Origin: Reclinomonas americana ATCC 50394
Taxonomy: Eukaryota
NCBI GenBank assembly: GCA_048213135.1
Contig: PS015010.1
Location: forward strand, 1,426,001-1,490,000
Reading direction: 5' to 3'
DNA: 64,000 bases
Position 1 is the first letter of the stretch, and every line of letters starts with the position of its first letter. This document shows, in pieces, positions 40,644 through 50,673 of this stretch. The notes under the pieces were generated by a model that saw only the letters and a program-made list of their open reading frames with translations, searched no databases and was not told the DNA's origin. A program made the translations under genes and the position numbers.

Positions 40644-41078
40644 TCAGGGAATATAATAAGCGGGCTGATCTGTACGGATGACGTTGCTCTTGTTCTTGGC
40701 GAAATCCTTAATATAAACGTCGTAATAAATGGTATCCGGCGTTTGCAGGGGTGCAAATATAGCCTTGAGGTTTACCCGCAGCTCGGCTTCAAAGTTTTTG
40801 CCGGTGGCAGATGAAATATCGGTCATGGGAATAGAATCGAGATCGGTGGTGCGGGGGTCCTGAATATAGATGAACGCCGTGTCTTTACCCGCAAGAAAGC
40901 CCAGGTCGCCTTCGGAATCGGTCACCGACAACACCATTACCGGCACCTGGCTGAGCCCGCCACGCCATACATTGGGACTGAATTCCTTGAACTTAATCTG
41001 CGGAGCAGTAGTATACTTATCCTTGTTACAGGACAGGAGTCCAAAAGCAAGTATGGCTATTAATAAAGTATAACGCAT
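40644..41078 (-). CDS. Hypothetical lipoprotein
   Basis: Lipobox LLSC; DSEGDLG, YIKDFAKNKSN. Confidence 0.8.
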   Translation of the reverse strand: MRYTLLIAILAFGLLSCNKDKYTTAPQIKFKEFSPNVWRGGLSQVPVMVLSVTDSEGDLGFLAGKDTAFIYIQDPRTTDLDSIPMTDISSATGKNFEAELRVNLKAIFAPLQTPDTIYYDVYIKDFAKNKSNVIRTDQPAYYIP

Positions 41079-41107
41079 CTTTGTGTATTATATATCAAAT
41101 GTAGGGA

Positions 41108-42130
41108 TTGATATTGAAAAACCCCGTTAAAAATATTGACCTTCAGCAGCGCATTTTCGCTGCCCCGCCCGCAGAATTCGATGGTATGGCGCTGGAATTA
41201 TTCCGCTACCAGCACGAATACAATATTCTTTACCGGCAGTACTGCGACACGCTGCGCATTGACCCGCTCAGCATACAACGCATAGAGGATATCCCTTTCC
41301 TGCCCATCAGTTTTTTTAAAACACACCAGGTGATCACCTACGGTTTTGAACCCGAAGCTTTTTTTGAAAGCAGCGGCACCACGCAAAGTGTCAGCAGCAG
41401 GCACTGGGTAAAAGACCTTTCCCTGTACCGCGAAAGTTTTACCCGTGCTTTTCAAAAATTCTACGGCAGTGCCGAAGGCAAATGCATTATCGGTCTGCTA
41501 CCCTCCTACCTGGAACGGCAACACTCTTCACTGGTGATGATGGTGGACCAGCTTATCAAAGACAGTCACCACTCGCTGAGCGGTTTTTATCTATACGATC
41601 ATGAGATGCTGCACCGCACTTTATTACACAACGAGATACTTAAAAAAGATACCCTCCTCATTGGCGTTACCTATGCCCTGCTCGATTTCGCGGCAGCATT
41701 CCCCATGCAACTGCGGCATACCATCGTTATGGAAACGGGCGGTATGAAAGGGCGCCGTGAAGAAATGACACGACAGCAGGTACACGCCGAACTGCGGGAA
41801 AACCTGGGACTGAATCTCATACACTCGGAATATGGCATGACGGAACTGTTGTCGCAGGCCTACTCAAAAGGAGACGGCATCTTTCACTGTCCTTCCTGGA
41901 TGAAAGTATTGCTGCGGCAGGAAGATGACCCCTTCGATGTAGGGCGGGCTGATCAGCAAAACAGCAAAGCGCTTAGTGGCGTGATCAATGTGATTGATCT
42001 TGCCAACATCTACAGTTGTGCTTTCATTGCTACTGATGATATGGGCAGATTGTATGGCAACGGCAGTTTTGAAGTGATGGGGCGTATGGACAACAGTGAT
42101 GTAAGGGGATGCAGCCTGCTGACCGTTTAA
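41108..42130 (+). CDS. LuxE/PaaK-family acyl-protein synthetase-like acyltransferase
   Basis: IPFLPISFFK, FESSGTT, METGGMKGRR, HSEYGMTELLSQAY, RGCS. Confidence 0.88.
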   Translation: MILKNPVKNIDLQQRIFAAPPAEFDGMALELFRYQHEYNILYRQYCDTLRIDPLSIQRIEDIPFLPISFFKTHQVITYGFEPEAFFESSGTTQSVSSRHWVKDLSLYRESFTRAFQKFYGSAEGKCIIGLLPSYLERQHSSLVMMVDQLIKDSHHSLSGFYLYDHEMLHRTLLHNEILKKDTLLIGVTYALLDFAAAFPMQLRHTIVMETGGMKGRREEMTRQQVHAELRENLGLNLIHSEYGMTELLSQAYSKGDGIFHCPSWMKVLLRQEDDPFDVGRADQQNSKALSGVINVIDLANIYSCAFIATDDMGRLYGNGSFEVMGRMDNSDVRGCSLLTV

Positions 42131-42280
42131 TCAATGTGAAGATGTGCGAATGTTTTTCCAAGCGTTCAGGCAACAATTACCAACCACCTGCTGTTCCTAA
42201 TCCATAATTAGTAATTCGTAATTAAATAAAATGGTCTTTTGCACCTTTTTTCTTACTCCTTTTTTCCCTTACTTTACTTC

Positions 42281-42853
42281 ATGAATCTGACTGCTTCCGT
42301 TTATGTTGACGCGTTACTGAACAATGATGAAAAAACGCTGGCCCTGTTGTACGCCGAGGCGATGCCTTCGGTGATCAACTATATTACCCAGAACAGCGGT
42401 ACGGAGGCGGATGCAAGGGACATTTTCCAGGAAGCCCTGCTGGCTGTTTTTCAGAAAGCCCGGTCGGGACGCCTCCAGATCAATTCCGGTTTTCAACCCT
42501 ACCTGTTCGCTGTATGCCGCAACCTGTGGCTCATGGAGTTACGAAAAAGATCAGGAAAAAGGGTTACAAACATGGAAGAAAAGCAACATATAGTATCGAC
42601 AGACAGTTTTGCGGAAGCCGAGCAAACCGCCAACCAGTATGCCAGGCAGCTGCTGATAGAAGAACAGCTGCAACAACTGGGTGATGGCTGCAAAAACCTG
42701 CTGCAACTGGCCTGGAGCGGCAAACCACTGGAAGAGGTAGCAAGGATACTGAACAACAGCTATGCCTATATCCGGAAGAAGAAGAGCGAGTGTATGGCTA
42801 AACTGACAGGACTGGTGAAGGCATCTCCGCAATATGAATATCTGAAATGGTAA
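42281..42853 (+). CDS. ECF RNA polymerase sigma factor
   Basis: DARDIFQEA (region 2), YLFAVCRNLW, LGDGCKNLL...EVARIL...KKSECMAKL (region 4). Confidence 0.9.
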   Translation: MNLTASVYVDALLNNDEKTLALLYAEAMPSVINYITQNSGTEADARDIFQEALLAVFQKARSGRLQINSGFQPYLFAVCRNLWLMELRKRSGKRVTNMEEKQHIVSTDSFAEAEQTANQYARQLLIEEQLQQLGDGCKNLLQLAWSGKPLEEVARILNNSYAYIRKKKSECMAKLTGLVKASPQYEYLKW

Positions 42854-42875
42854 GAAAACAACAATCCAACCCGGC

Positions 42876-43610
42876 ATGACCGATTTTGAACAATTTGAAC
42901 ACTTCCTCGCCCATCAGCTAACAGCTGAAGAAACAACCGCTTTCGAAGAGCGGCTGAAAAACGACCCCGCCTTCGCCGAATCATTCCGGCACTACCAGTT
43001 ACTTCAGCAGGACATGGAACAGTGGCACCAGGCAACACCAGGCAGACAACAACTGAAAGAAACACTGCAGGGTATTGTACAGCAACCCGCACAAAAGGCA
43101 AAACTGCGTTCAATGCGGTGGTACCTGTGGCGGGCCGCGGCTGTATTTATCATCGCGGCTGCTGTATGGTGGATGTTATTACCCGCTTCAAAAAGCAATG
43201 AGAAACTGTACGCGGAATACTCGGCAGGAGAAACACTTTCCTTTACCCGTGGCGGTGTTGCAGACAGCCTGTGGTCACAAGCATCAGCTCTGTTGTACGA
43301 TAAAAAATACAACGAGGCCATTGTTCCCTTACAACAAATCATCAATTCCGGTAAAGACAGCCTGCAGGAAGCCGCTCTCTATCTTGGTTATTCCTATATG
43401 CAGGCCGATAAAAACGAAACTGCGGAAAGTACATTCAACAGCATCCATACTTCCAACACCACCGCTGCGGAAAAACTGAGCTGGTATAAAGCCTTGCTTT
43501 ACCTCAAAACAGGAAAAAAGCCCGCCTGCATCAACCTGCTAAAAGAGATAGTTGCGGACGGCGGCGCTTATAGCGGTAAAGCAAAACAATTACTGAAAGC
43601 AGCAGACTGA
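42876..43610 (+). CDS. Putative anti-sigma factor (N-terminal helical domain, TM, TPR-like C-terminus)
   Basis: LTAEETTAFEERLKNDPAF, WRAAAVFII TM, ALYLGYSY / WYKALLYLK TPR-like helices; directly after the sigma gene. Confidence 0.78.
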   Translation: MTDFEQFEHFLAHQLTAEETTAFEERLKNDPAFAESFRHYQLLQQDMEQWHQATPGRQQLKETLQGIVQQPAQKAKLRSMRWYLWRAAAVFIIAAAVWWMLLPASKSNEKLYAEYSAGETLSFTRGGVADSLWSQASALLYDKKYNEAIVPLQQIINSGKDSLQEAALYLGYSYMQADKNETAESTFNSIHTSNTTAAEKLSWYKALLYLKTGKKPACINLLKEIVADGGAYSGKAKQLLKAAD

Positions 43611-46383
43611 TGAGCAGCACGCCCAGTAACCACCTGCTGTCCTTTCCATCACCCTCTTTGTCCTGCCCGGTATGTACCAGTCCTGCCCAGTAGTAAGGTG
43701 CATTTAAGGAGCCGGTATTTTTTTGCAGGTATTGCAATTTGGCTTTACGCAGGGCATCACCCGAATTTCCCTGGGTATAGGTTTTATAGAACACGTTGAA
43801 GAGTTGCGCCGTTGCCGCGTCGTCAATCGGCCAAAGACTGTTGATCACATTGCCCGCCCCGGCATAATAGAAGGCCCTCGATAAACTAAGCGGGCCTTCA
43901 TTCGGATCAAGCGTACCCAATCCTGTTTCACAACCACTGAGCATAACCAGGTCGGCGGTGGTACCCAGCGCATACAATTCCTGCATATACAATATGGAGT
44001 CGCTGAAATAGATACGGGGCTCATGCCCGTCGCCCAGGTCGGCATGCGTGGCAATGTGAATGACCGCGTCCTGCTGGAGCGAATTTCTGAAATGGCCAAT
44101 GGTGGCTGCCGCATCATCAAACAAACGGCTACCGGGGTGAGATTTTGTAACTGCATCCGCTTCTTCTTTCGTAAAAGGCAGCCTGGGCAGGCGGTGAAAA
44201 CCCTGGCGGCTGAAAGGCGTAAAAACAGCGAGGCGTTCATTTCCTGAACGATCCGTATTATTCACCAGCAAGGTGCTGATCGAAGAAGCCTGGCTTACAG
44301 TTATATTTCGGATGAGGAATTCATTGTTGTTCACCGTCAGCGCTTCAAAAGGCAAAACACTGAATACACCGTCGGGTATTACCAGCAGGTGATCGCAATC
44401 GCCATTCCTGATGGCAGTTGCTACCGCAGGCGGAAGTATGGTCCGTGTACAGGAATCCGTGAGCCGGAAAAAAGCGGCCCTGTCTTTTTCAAACAACCCG
44501 TGGGGGTCTTTGCAGTGCTGAAGAAAATGAGCAACGACCGGTAAGGCATTGGCTGCAATAAACGCCATACCGCTCCCTTTTTTATCATCCAGCCAGGTTA
44601 CATAGGCACCATTGCCCGCAGTAAAATATTGCAGTAATACCGTATTGCGTTGTATAACGGAATGGCGGAGTTCACTGGTATGAAGACGTGCGGTATCCAT
44701 GCCCGTTCGCCTGAGGGCGGGATATTGCTGGTTGAGCCTGCTTTCCTGTTCCAGGAACACACGGTTCTGCATTTCCAGTTCCCTGCGGATGCTGTCCTGT
44801 ATGCCCGGGTCAGTGGCTAACGCCAGGCTTCTTTCCAGTATCACAATACGATAGCGGGTATGGTTAAGCGGTTGGGCGGCACTGTCGATAACAGGCACGG
44901 CTTTCAATACATTATTTCGTTTTACGGAATGCAGCAGTATGATAGATTTGCTGTGCTCATTCAGCAGGATGGCTTCCTGTACCCAGGCCTCTTTTTTTTC
45001 CTGCTGCCACAACCGGTAACAATTATCCAGCGCTTTTTCACTCCTGTCCTTTCCCTGCCGCAGCATCGTCTGCATGGCATCATCGTAACTGAACGCTTCC
45101 AGTAATTTTTTCTCCGCGATGAAAGCCAGCTTACGGGCCTGTAATGCCTGTTTTATAAAACGGGTATCCTGCGATGTGGTATATTGCTGATCCCAAACTG
45201 CGGCCAGGCTGTCGAGGGCATCCATAATGGTATTCTCGGCGTAAATGTCTTTTTCCGCAGGCAGTGCGTTCCTGTCCGCCGAATCCACCCGTGTTACAGT
45301 ATACAATGCCTGATGAAAAGCGATCACAGCGCTGTCGGGTAACTGCAGTTTACGGTAAGCCGCACCTTTCTGCAATAATATTTTCCCGGCAATCCTGTCG
45401 CGGTACACACCCTTATAAGCAAGGGCCGACTGTAATGACAGGTTACATTGCCGCAGGCACTCCCGGTAACGGCTAAACGCGTATTCAATACCCGAGCGGG
45501 TCATACCCAGTTCCAGTTTCCTTTTTGGCAGATCTTCTGCCGGAACGAAGGGCAGCATGGTAGCAGCAAGCTGTGATTCCGCAACAGCTCCCCCCAGGTC
45601 GCCGGTACGCAGGAAGGCTTCCGCCCTTGTGGTATGAAGAACAGACAGGTTTTCGCGGGAGAAGGAAAAGGTACGCATCAGCCGGCCGGTAAAGCGGATC
45701 ACCGAATCATAAAGGCCGTTCTCCATCAATGGTATACAAAGATTGGGGGCCGATCCGCTGATATTATACAGATCGCCGGTACTGAGATCATAGTTCACCA
45801 GTTCCAGGTCATAACTGATCGCTTTCTTCAGGTCCCCGGCCACATTGTAGCCGATACCTAAACTTTCCTTGAAATCGAGGAGAGTCGTTTTATCGAGCCA
45901 GGGCTGGCTGTTCTGCAACGCGATGAAATATTCAGCGATCTCCGTATACTGCGGGTCATACACATCAATGCGAAATGCATAAGCGTACTGGCCGGCAAAA
46001 AGTGAATAGAACAACCTGGAAGCTGCCGTATCTTTTTCTATTGTGCTCCTTTGTGCATACAACAACAAGGCGGCATTTTTTTGCTGCGGGCTCCTGTCGG
46101 GCAAAAGAGCAAAAGCCCTGGCAGCTACATGTACCGCTTCAGGTGAACGTTGGGCTGCCACCCTGTTCCCGATCCATCCCTGCAGGAAACCCTGCAGCGT
46201 ATCGTACTCCCCGGCACGGGCCCAGCGGCTCACCAGCGTATCCGCCTGCGCCTGTGTTATATTCGTATATGCAGTGTCGTTAGTATCCGATTCCCCTGAA
46301 TGAGAAGGCCCGCTGCGTTTTGATGTGCAGCAGGCCAGCCCGCAATAAAATAATATAATGATAAAAGATGTTCTCGTCAGCAT
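43531..46383 (-). CDS. TPR + CHAT (caspase-like) protease with N-terminal signal and C-terminal TM
   Basis: LLVIPDG..LPFEAL, IHIATHA (His), LSGCETG (Cys), AFYYAGA..SLW.IDD, APYYWAG; start coupled (TGATG) to the upstream gene. Confidence 0.9.
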   Translation of the reverse strand: MLTRTSFIIILFYCGLACCTSKRSGPSHSGESDTNDTAYTNITQAQADTLVSRWARAGEYDTLQGFLQGWIGNRVAAQRSPEAVHVAARAFALLPDRSPQQKNAALLLYAQRSTIEKDTAASRLFYSLFAGQYAYAFRIDVYDPQYTEIAEYFIALQNSQPWLDKTTLLDFKESLGIGYNVAGDLKKAISYDLELVNYDLSTGDLYNISGSAPNLCIPLMENGLYDSVIRFTGRLMRTFSFSRENLSVLHTTRAEAFLRTGDLGGAVAESQLAATMLPFVPAEDLPKRKLELGMTRSGIEYAFSRYRECLRQCNLSLQSALAYKGVYRDRIAGKILLQKGAAYRKLQLPDSAVIAFHQALYTVTRVDSADRNALPAEKDIYAENTIMDALDSLAAVWDQQYTTSQDTRFIKQALQARKLAFIAEKKLLEAFSYDDAMQTMLRQGKDRSEKALDNCYRLWQQEKKEAWVQEAILLNEHSKSIILLHSVKRNNVLKAVPVIDSAAQPLNHTRYRIVILERSLALATDPGIQDSIRRELEMQNRVFLEQESRLNQQYPALRRTGMDTARLHTSELRHSVIQRNTVLLQYFTAGNGAYVTWLDDKKGSGMAFIAANALPVVAHFLQHCKDPHGLFEKDRAAFFRLTDSCTRTILPPAVATAIRNGDCDHLLVIPDGVFSVLPFEALTVNNNEFLIRNITVSQASSISTLLVNNTDRSGNERLAVFTPFSRQGFHRLPRLPFTKEEADAVTKSHPGSRLFDDAAATIGHFRNSLQQDAVIHIATHADLGDGHEPRIYFSDSILYMQELYALGTTADLVMLSGCETGLGTLDPNEGPLSLSRAFYYAGAGNVINSLWPIDDAATAQLFNVFYKTYTQGNSGDALRKAKLQYLQKNTGSLNAPYYWAGLVHTGQDKEGDGKDSRWLLGVLLISLLLSVIVLLYRYKRRRPQLSLLAG

Positions 46384-47960
46384 CAGGCACGGCGGCGTCT
46401 TCTGTACAGCCACCACAGCAAAAGTATCAATAAAATCAGCAGTATCACCCACCAGTAGCAGAGCAACCAGGCTACTACCCCTTTCGAACAATCATGCGGG
46501 GCATTGCCATCACAGCAGGCGCTGTACACTACCAGTGCATTGTTGGTACGCACCGGCATTTCAAATCCTTCTGTACCGGCAATTACAATACCATCGCTCA
46601 CCAGCCCGGCGGTAATGCTTGAAGGCGATTGCGCCGTGGCACCGTGGAAGTAAATATCGGCAGAGGCTTCCAGCACATCCGGGCTGTTAGGATAACTGCC
46701 GGGCATTACCTGCAGGTCAAACGACAACTGCCCCATCGTTTTGGGATTGCTTACCGGGTAAGGCAAACCTTCGGTGCCATCCAGCAGGTCGGTAGTGGGA
46801 TCGAGTGTGAAAATGATCCGGCTGTTGTCCCAGTCATAAACGATATTATTGATCACATAATCCGGTATATCGCTGTATGAAGCTTTCAGGTTCCATATTT
46901 TCTTCGCCTGGTTCATGTCCTGCGGTATATGAAAAGCCACCATCACCTTATCCGCAGCGCCTTTACCTGTGTTCTGAAAATTGATGGTATAGTGCAGTGT
47001 TTGCAGTGTTTTGGGCAGCGACAGGCACCTGGGGGAAACAGAAATACTGTTAGGATCATGTGCATATACACTCTGCATATTGGAAACAACACTGGTACCG
47101 CGGCTTATCCACTGTCCGCCTTTGTCATGGCGGTAAAACAACTCTGCCTCCATATTCGAAAAAGCCGGCAGCACATCCTTCTCTGCTGCAAGGAGTGAAA
47201 TAAAAATATTGGCGGTATCATCACTGGGCTTGATATTGTCAAACGTCAGGCCATACCTGTAGGCATTCAGATCGGCAGCGGCAGCGAGATTTACATTCTC
47301 ATTGTTAAACTTCCGCACATCGTTTACCTGTACCATCCGCTGCGTGTTAAAATCCTTTATGCCCGACATCTGCGCAGGATTGAGAATGGGTATAAAAGTG
47401 TTCTTCTCATTATTGTTGTAGCGGAATACCAGTTTGTAATCATAAATATTCTCCTGCGGAAATAACTTAGGAACATAACTGATGGCAGCCACCACGTAAT
47501 CGCTGTCCACAATGTCACGGGTGCTGGTAAACAACTTCACCTGGCCACTGGTGAGTGCCGGCGACGACATTTTCCCCGGCGCTGCTGCCGGCGTGCCTAT
47601 CATAACGGAACTGGCGGTGGTTGGAGGTCTGCGCCTGTGTTCGTACAACGCACTCGCCATCATTACCGGGGCGCCAAAGCAGGCTGAACTGGGAATCGTT
47701 ACAGGGCCACTTGAAAAATTACAGCAATAGTTGCCATCGCCTTTTTCCAGCCACAGGGAATACCTGGGGCTTTCACTGCCTGCGGGAAGATCCTGCCAGG
47801 AATACACCACCACCCCCGGTGGCAGGTAGATATTGATATTACTGCTGCCAATGCTGTTGGGCACCTGCAGGTAAGGCGCTGTTTGCGGGTACAGCAGGGA
47901 TGCCGGGAGAAAGGCCAGCAATAAACACAACAATTTCATGCCGGTGGGTATTGATTTCAT
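46383..47960 (-). CDS. Secreted/membrane-anchored protein with a DUF11/DUF7619-like Ig domain
   Basis: Signal peptide; HDPN...LHYTINFQNTG...ADIYF...PVRTN; C-terminal TM followed by RRRRR. Confidence 0.75.
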   Translation of the reverse strand: MKSIPTGMKLLCLLLAFLPASLLYPQTAPYLQVPNSIGSSNINIYLPPGVVVYSWQDLPAGSESPRYSLWLEKGDGNYCCNFSSGPVTIPSSACFGAPVMMASALYEHRRRPPTTASSVMIGTPAAAPGKMSSPALTSGQVKLFTSTRDIVDSDYVVAAISYVPKLFPQENIYDYKLVFRYNNNEKNTFIPILNPAQMSGIKDFNTQRMVQVNDVRKFNNENVNLAAAADLNAYRYGLTFDNIKPSDDTANIFISLLAAEKDVLPAFSNMEAELFYRHDKGGQWISRGTSVVSNMQSVYAHDPNSISVSPRCLSLPKTLQTLHYTINFQNTGKGAADKVMVAFHIPQDMNQAKKIWNLKASYSDIPDYVINNIVYDWDNSRIIFTLDPTTDLLDGTEGLPYPVSNPKTMGQLSFDLQVMPGSYPNSPDVLEASADIYFHGATAQSPSSITAGLVSDGIVIAGTEGFEMPVRTNNALVVYSACCDGNAPHDCSKGVVAWLLCYWWVILLILLILLLWWLYRRRRRA

Positions 47961-48111
47961 GCTTGCAGATTTTATTGATTAAATAATATCAAGTTGTACA
48001 GCCTGCAAATTTGTTACCTGTAAATCAATGCATTTCACATTTTTTTCACAGGTCAGCTATAAAGATATACCCCGGCGCTACAACTTGTATATAAAATAAC
48101 AATACCCCATA

Positions 48112-48144
48112 AAGAAAAGACCGGAACCCTGGGGCCCGGTCTTT
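48112..48144 (-). terminator. Intrinsic terminator
   Basis: AAAGACCGG...CCGGTCTTT hairpin with a T-run on the minus strand, just after the 48172 stop. Confidence 0.75.
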
Positions 48145-48171
48145 GATCGGTTTTCTGCGATCGTACTTACA

Positions 48172-50289
48172 CTATTTCAAACAGATGATACGCGATGTAT
48201 GGCTGTAATTGCCGGTGGTAACACTGTTGTAAATGGTTTTTTCATACGCGGTGAGCGCTACATAGCCGCACGGGTTCGATGTGGGCAGCGTCTGTATCTC
48301 AAACGTACCCGATCCGTTGGTCGTGCCGGACGGCGCAATACCTCCCGTACCCACAACCGTACCGAATGGTGAGGACACCTGGTAGTTCAGCAGCCAGGCA
48401 TCATTTACAGTAAAGCTGCCGGTGATCTTGCTGCCTTTGGTATAGTGCGAGCAATCGCCACCATCATCAATCACCAGGTTAACGTAAGGTACAATACTGT
48501 CCATTTGTATTACCTGGCTGGCACTGCCGGTTACAGTTACACCATCTGCCGCCATATTCTCAATGGTAATACGCAGCCTGTCATTGGTACCCGGGCTCCA
48601 CAACGCCACCACGCTGTTGATGTTGTTGGAGAAGTCCTGGTATTCGTAACAGTTATTCACCGCCGATACTGTTGGGTGCGTTATACCGGAACCGTTGAAG
48701 CCCAGCAGGTGCAGGTCATTGTTCACAAAATACTCGGCACTGGTGTTCAGGTTATTTACACGGATGCGGTATTTCGTTCCCACAAAGGGCGAGCACAGGG
48801 CCTGTACCACAATGATGCCGCCAAACGGACTGCCAGTGTAGGTATTGGTCTGGTTGATCTCAATCTTGGCGCCGGCTTTGGTCAAACCGCTTACGCCATC
48901 AATATTATCAACAGACACACCTCCTACGGTAAACAGCTGCGGATTTTTTCCATCCCAGGGTTTACCCGGGCGGATCTGGATATAACTGTCCAGCACATTG
49001 CCCCAGTAAGAAGGTTTGAAACCACTGGCCGGCGTGTTCCACGACAGTACAGCCCTCAGTTTCAGTACCACCGGTGTATCGCATTTTTTGCGGTAGGCCG
49101 ACAGGTCAACGGGCAATATCACGGAGTAGGAAATGCCTTCTTTCGGGTATTCACCCAGCAGGTCATGCACGTCTACCGATGCGGTGCCTATCTGCTTCCA
49201 TTGGCAATCACCATCGCTCTGTATCCAGAAGGTTACATATTCTTTTGATCCGCGGTGACAGAGGTCGCCACCATAACCGCCGGGCCTTTTTATCTGCAGC
49301 GTACCCACCAGTGCCTCGTTGTGATAATCAAGACCGGCACAGAAGATCTGTTCATAGCTGGTGTTGTACTGCAGCAGTTGCAGTTTGGCCAGGCTGTCTT
49401 TCCACACCAGCCCCGCTTTGGAGAACAGGCTTTCATTCAGCTTGATCTTTTCCACGTCGGGTGTGTCAATGGATTCAGCCAGCAGTTTCACACCCACGCG
49501 GTGCGATTCCACATCCAGTTTCTGGTCCTTATAAAATTTAGCCAGTTCAGCGATCTCCATTTTCGGTGCTTCCAGTTCATCTTTTACCGACAGCAGTTTC
49601 TCTTTTCCGCCGGGCACAAAATCAGCCAGGCTGTTGATGGAGATAAAAGGATTCAGGATCGCTTTTTCCAGGAGCGGCCCCACGCTTTCCAGTCCAAAAT
49701 GCGGATTCAGGATCATGAGCGGCCTTATTTGTACCCTTACGTCTTTTTTATCGGCCCACAGGTAAGGAAAACTGCTGGTACAGTTCGGGTCATTGGCCGG
49801 AGGTATCGCGTTCCAGCACAGTACAGCGCGTACCTTAGGCAGGTTGGCCTTGCGGCAGGTAAAATGACGGGGGTTGATCTTCAGGCGAAGGGTGTAGGAA
49901 ATGGGTTTCTCCAGTTTCTTGTCACAATCCTTCGTATCGGGAATGTCGTGTACGTTCACACCGGTGAATCCCATGTCATTCCAGGTGCCGTCACCATAAT
50001 CAAGGTAGAAGCGTACATATTCATAGCTTCCCTTGCTGCACAGAACGCCACTGTAGCCCTGCGCTCTTTTGATGCTGATCGTCGCCGTCAGTTCTTCCTG
50101 TTGCGGGTTAAAGCCCACACAGCCAATGGCTTCATAACTGGTATTGAATGGCTTGGGTATAAAGCCAAATACCGCTTCCGCCGTTTTCATAGACAGTTTG
50201 GCGGGATCCTGTGTCAGTACCTGGAGGAATTTGTTACGATTGTCGAGGAGATCCAGGAGATCCGCGGCATCGGATGTTGCTTTTGCCAT
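48172..50289 (-). CDS. Hypothetical 705-aa protein with two homologous ~140-aa Cys-containing domains
   Basis: NTSYE..C.G...E.L...(I/L).IKR..GY.G.LC..GS.EYV.F...RAVL.WN...QIRP occurs twice, 260 aa apart; start MAKATSD. Confidence 0.85.
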   Translation of the reverse strand: MAKATSDAADLLDLLDNRNKFLQVLTQDPAKLSMKTAEAVFGFIPKPFNTSYEAIGCVGFNPQQEELTATISIKRAQGYSGVLCSKGSYEYVRFYLDYGDGTWNDMGFTGVNVHDIPDTKDCDKKLEKPISYTLRLKINPRHFTCRKANLPKVRAVLCWNAIPPANDPNCTSSFPYLWADKKDVRVQIRPLMILNPHFGLESVGPLLEKAILNPFISINSLADFVPGGKEKLLSVKDELEAPKMEIAELAKFYKDQKLDVESHRVGVKLLAESIDTPDVEKIKLNESLFSKAGLVWKDSLAKLQLLQYNTSYEQIFCAGLDYHNEALVGTLQIKRPGGYGGDLCHRGSKEYVTFWIQSDGDCQWKQIGTASVDVHDLLGEYPKEGISYSVILPVDLSAYRKKCDTPVVLKLRAVLSWNTPASGFKPSYWGNVLDSYIQIRPGKPWDGKNPQLFTVGGVSVDNIDGVSGLTKAGAKIEINQTNTYTGSPFGGIIVVQALCSPFVGTKYRIRVNNLNTSAEYFVNNDLHLLGFNGSGITHPTVSAVNNCYEYQDFSNNINSVVALWSPGTNDRLRITIENMAADGVTVTGSASQVIQMDSIVPYVNLVIDDGGDCSHYTKGSKITGSFTVNDAWLLNYQVSSPFGTVVGTGGIAPSGTTNGSGTFEIQTLPTSNPCGYVALTAYEKTIYNSVTTGNYSHTSRIICLK

Positions 50290-50381
50290 AGCGTTTGATT
50301 TTATTATGTGAAGAATAGTTTTCCCAGGTCGGGTTGTACCTGCTGTTGCCCAAACCGGCAATTTGTTACCGGGTGCAACCC

Positions 50382-50396
50382 TACCACAATGTGGTA
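50382..50396. promoter_or_regulatory. Perfect palindrome, candidate operator
   Basis: TACCACA-A-TGTGGTA in a divergent intergenic region. Confidence 0.4.
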
Positions 50397-50422
50397 ATAC
50401 GTTTCCTGTGAAAACCTTTGCC

Positions 50423-50513
50423 ATGGCGTGTCCCTGCGGGCCGGGCTCTCCGCTGCAAATCCTCGCCGCTCGTACCTCGCCGCTGCGGGTTTTCCGCTGC
50501 CATCCCTCACGCA
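50423..50513 (+). repeat. Structured GC-rich dispersed element, copy 2 (Flavo-1 RNA motif-like)
   Basis: Homologous to 7866-7958. Confidence 0.7.
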
Positions 50514-50673
50514 CTTTCATAGAACAGTGCATTGAAATAATTGAGTACTGTATACTTGTTGGCAGCTCTTCTTCTTACTGCTAAAAAACAAAACCCGTAC
50601 TTCTACGCTCCCCTGTTTTCTTTTACTGTACTAACATTAACCCGCCTAAAAAAACCTATTACTGATCTGCCTT

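Noticed and set aside
41108-42130. Bioluminescence (lux) locus
   Set aside because: A lone LuxE-like gene with no luxA/B/C/D in the window
43531-46383. Type III-E CRISPR (Craspase) locus
   Set aside because: No Cas7-11, Csx30/31 or array; this CHAT has a signal peptide and TM anchor
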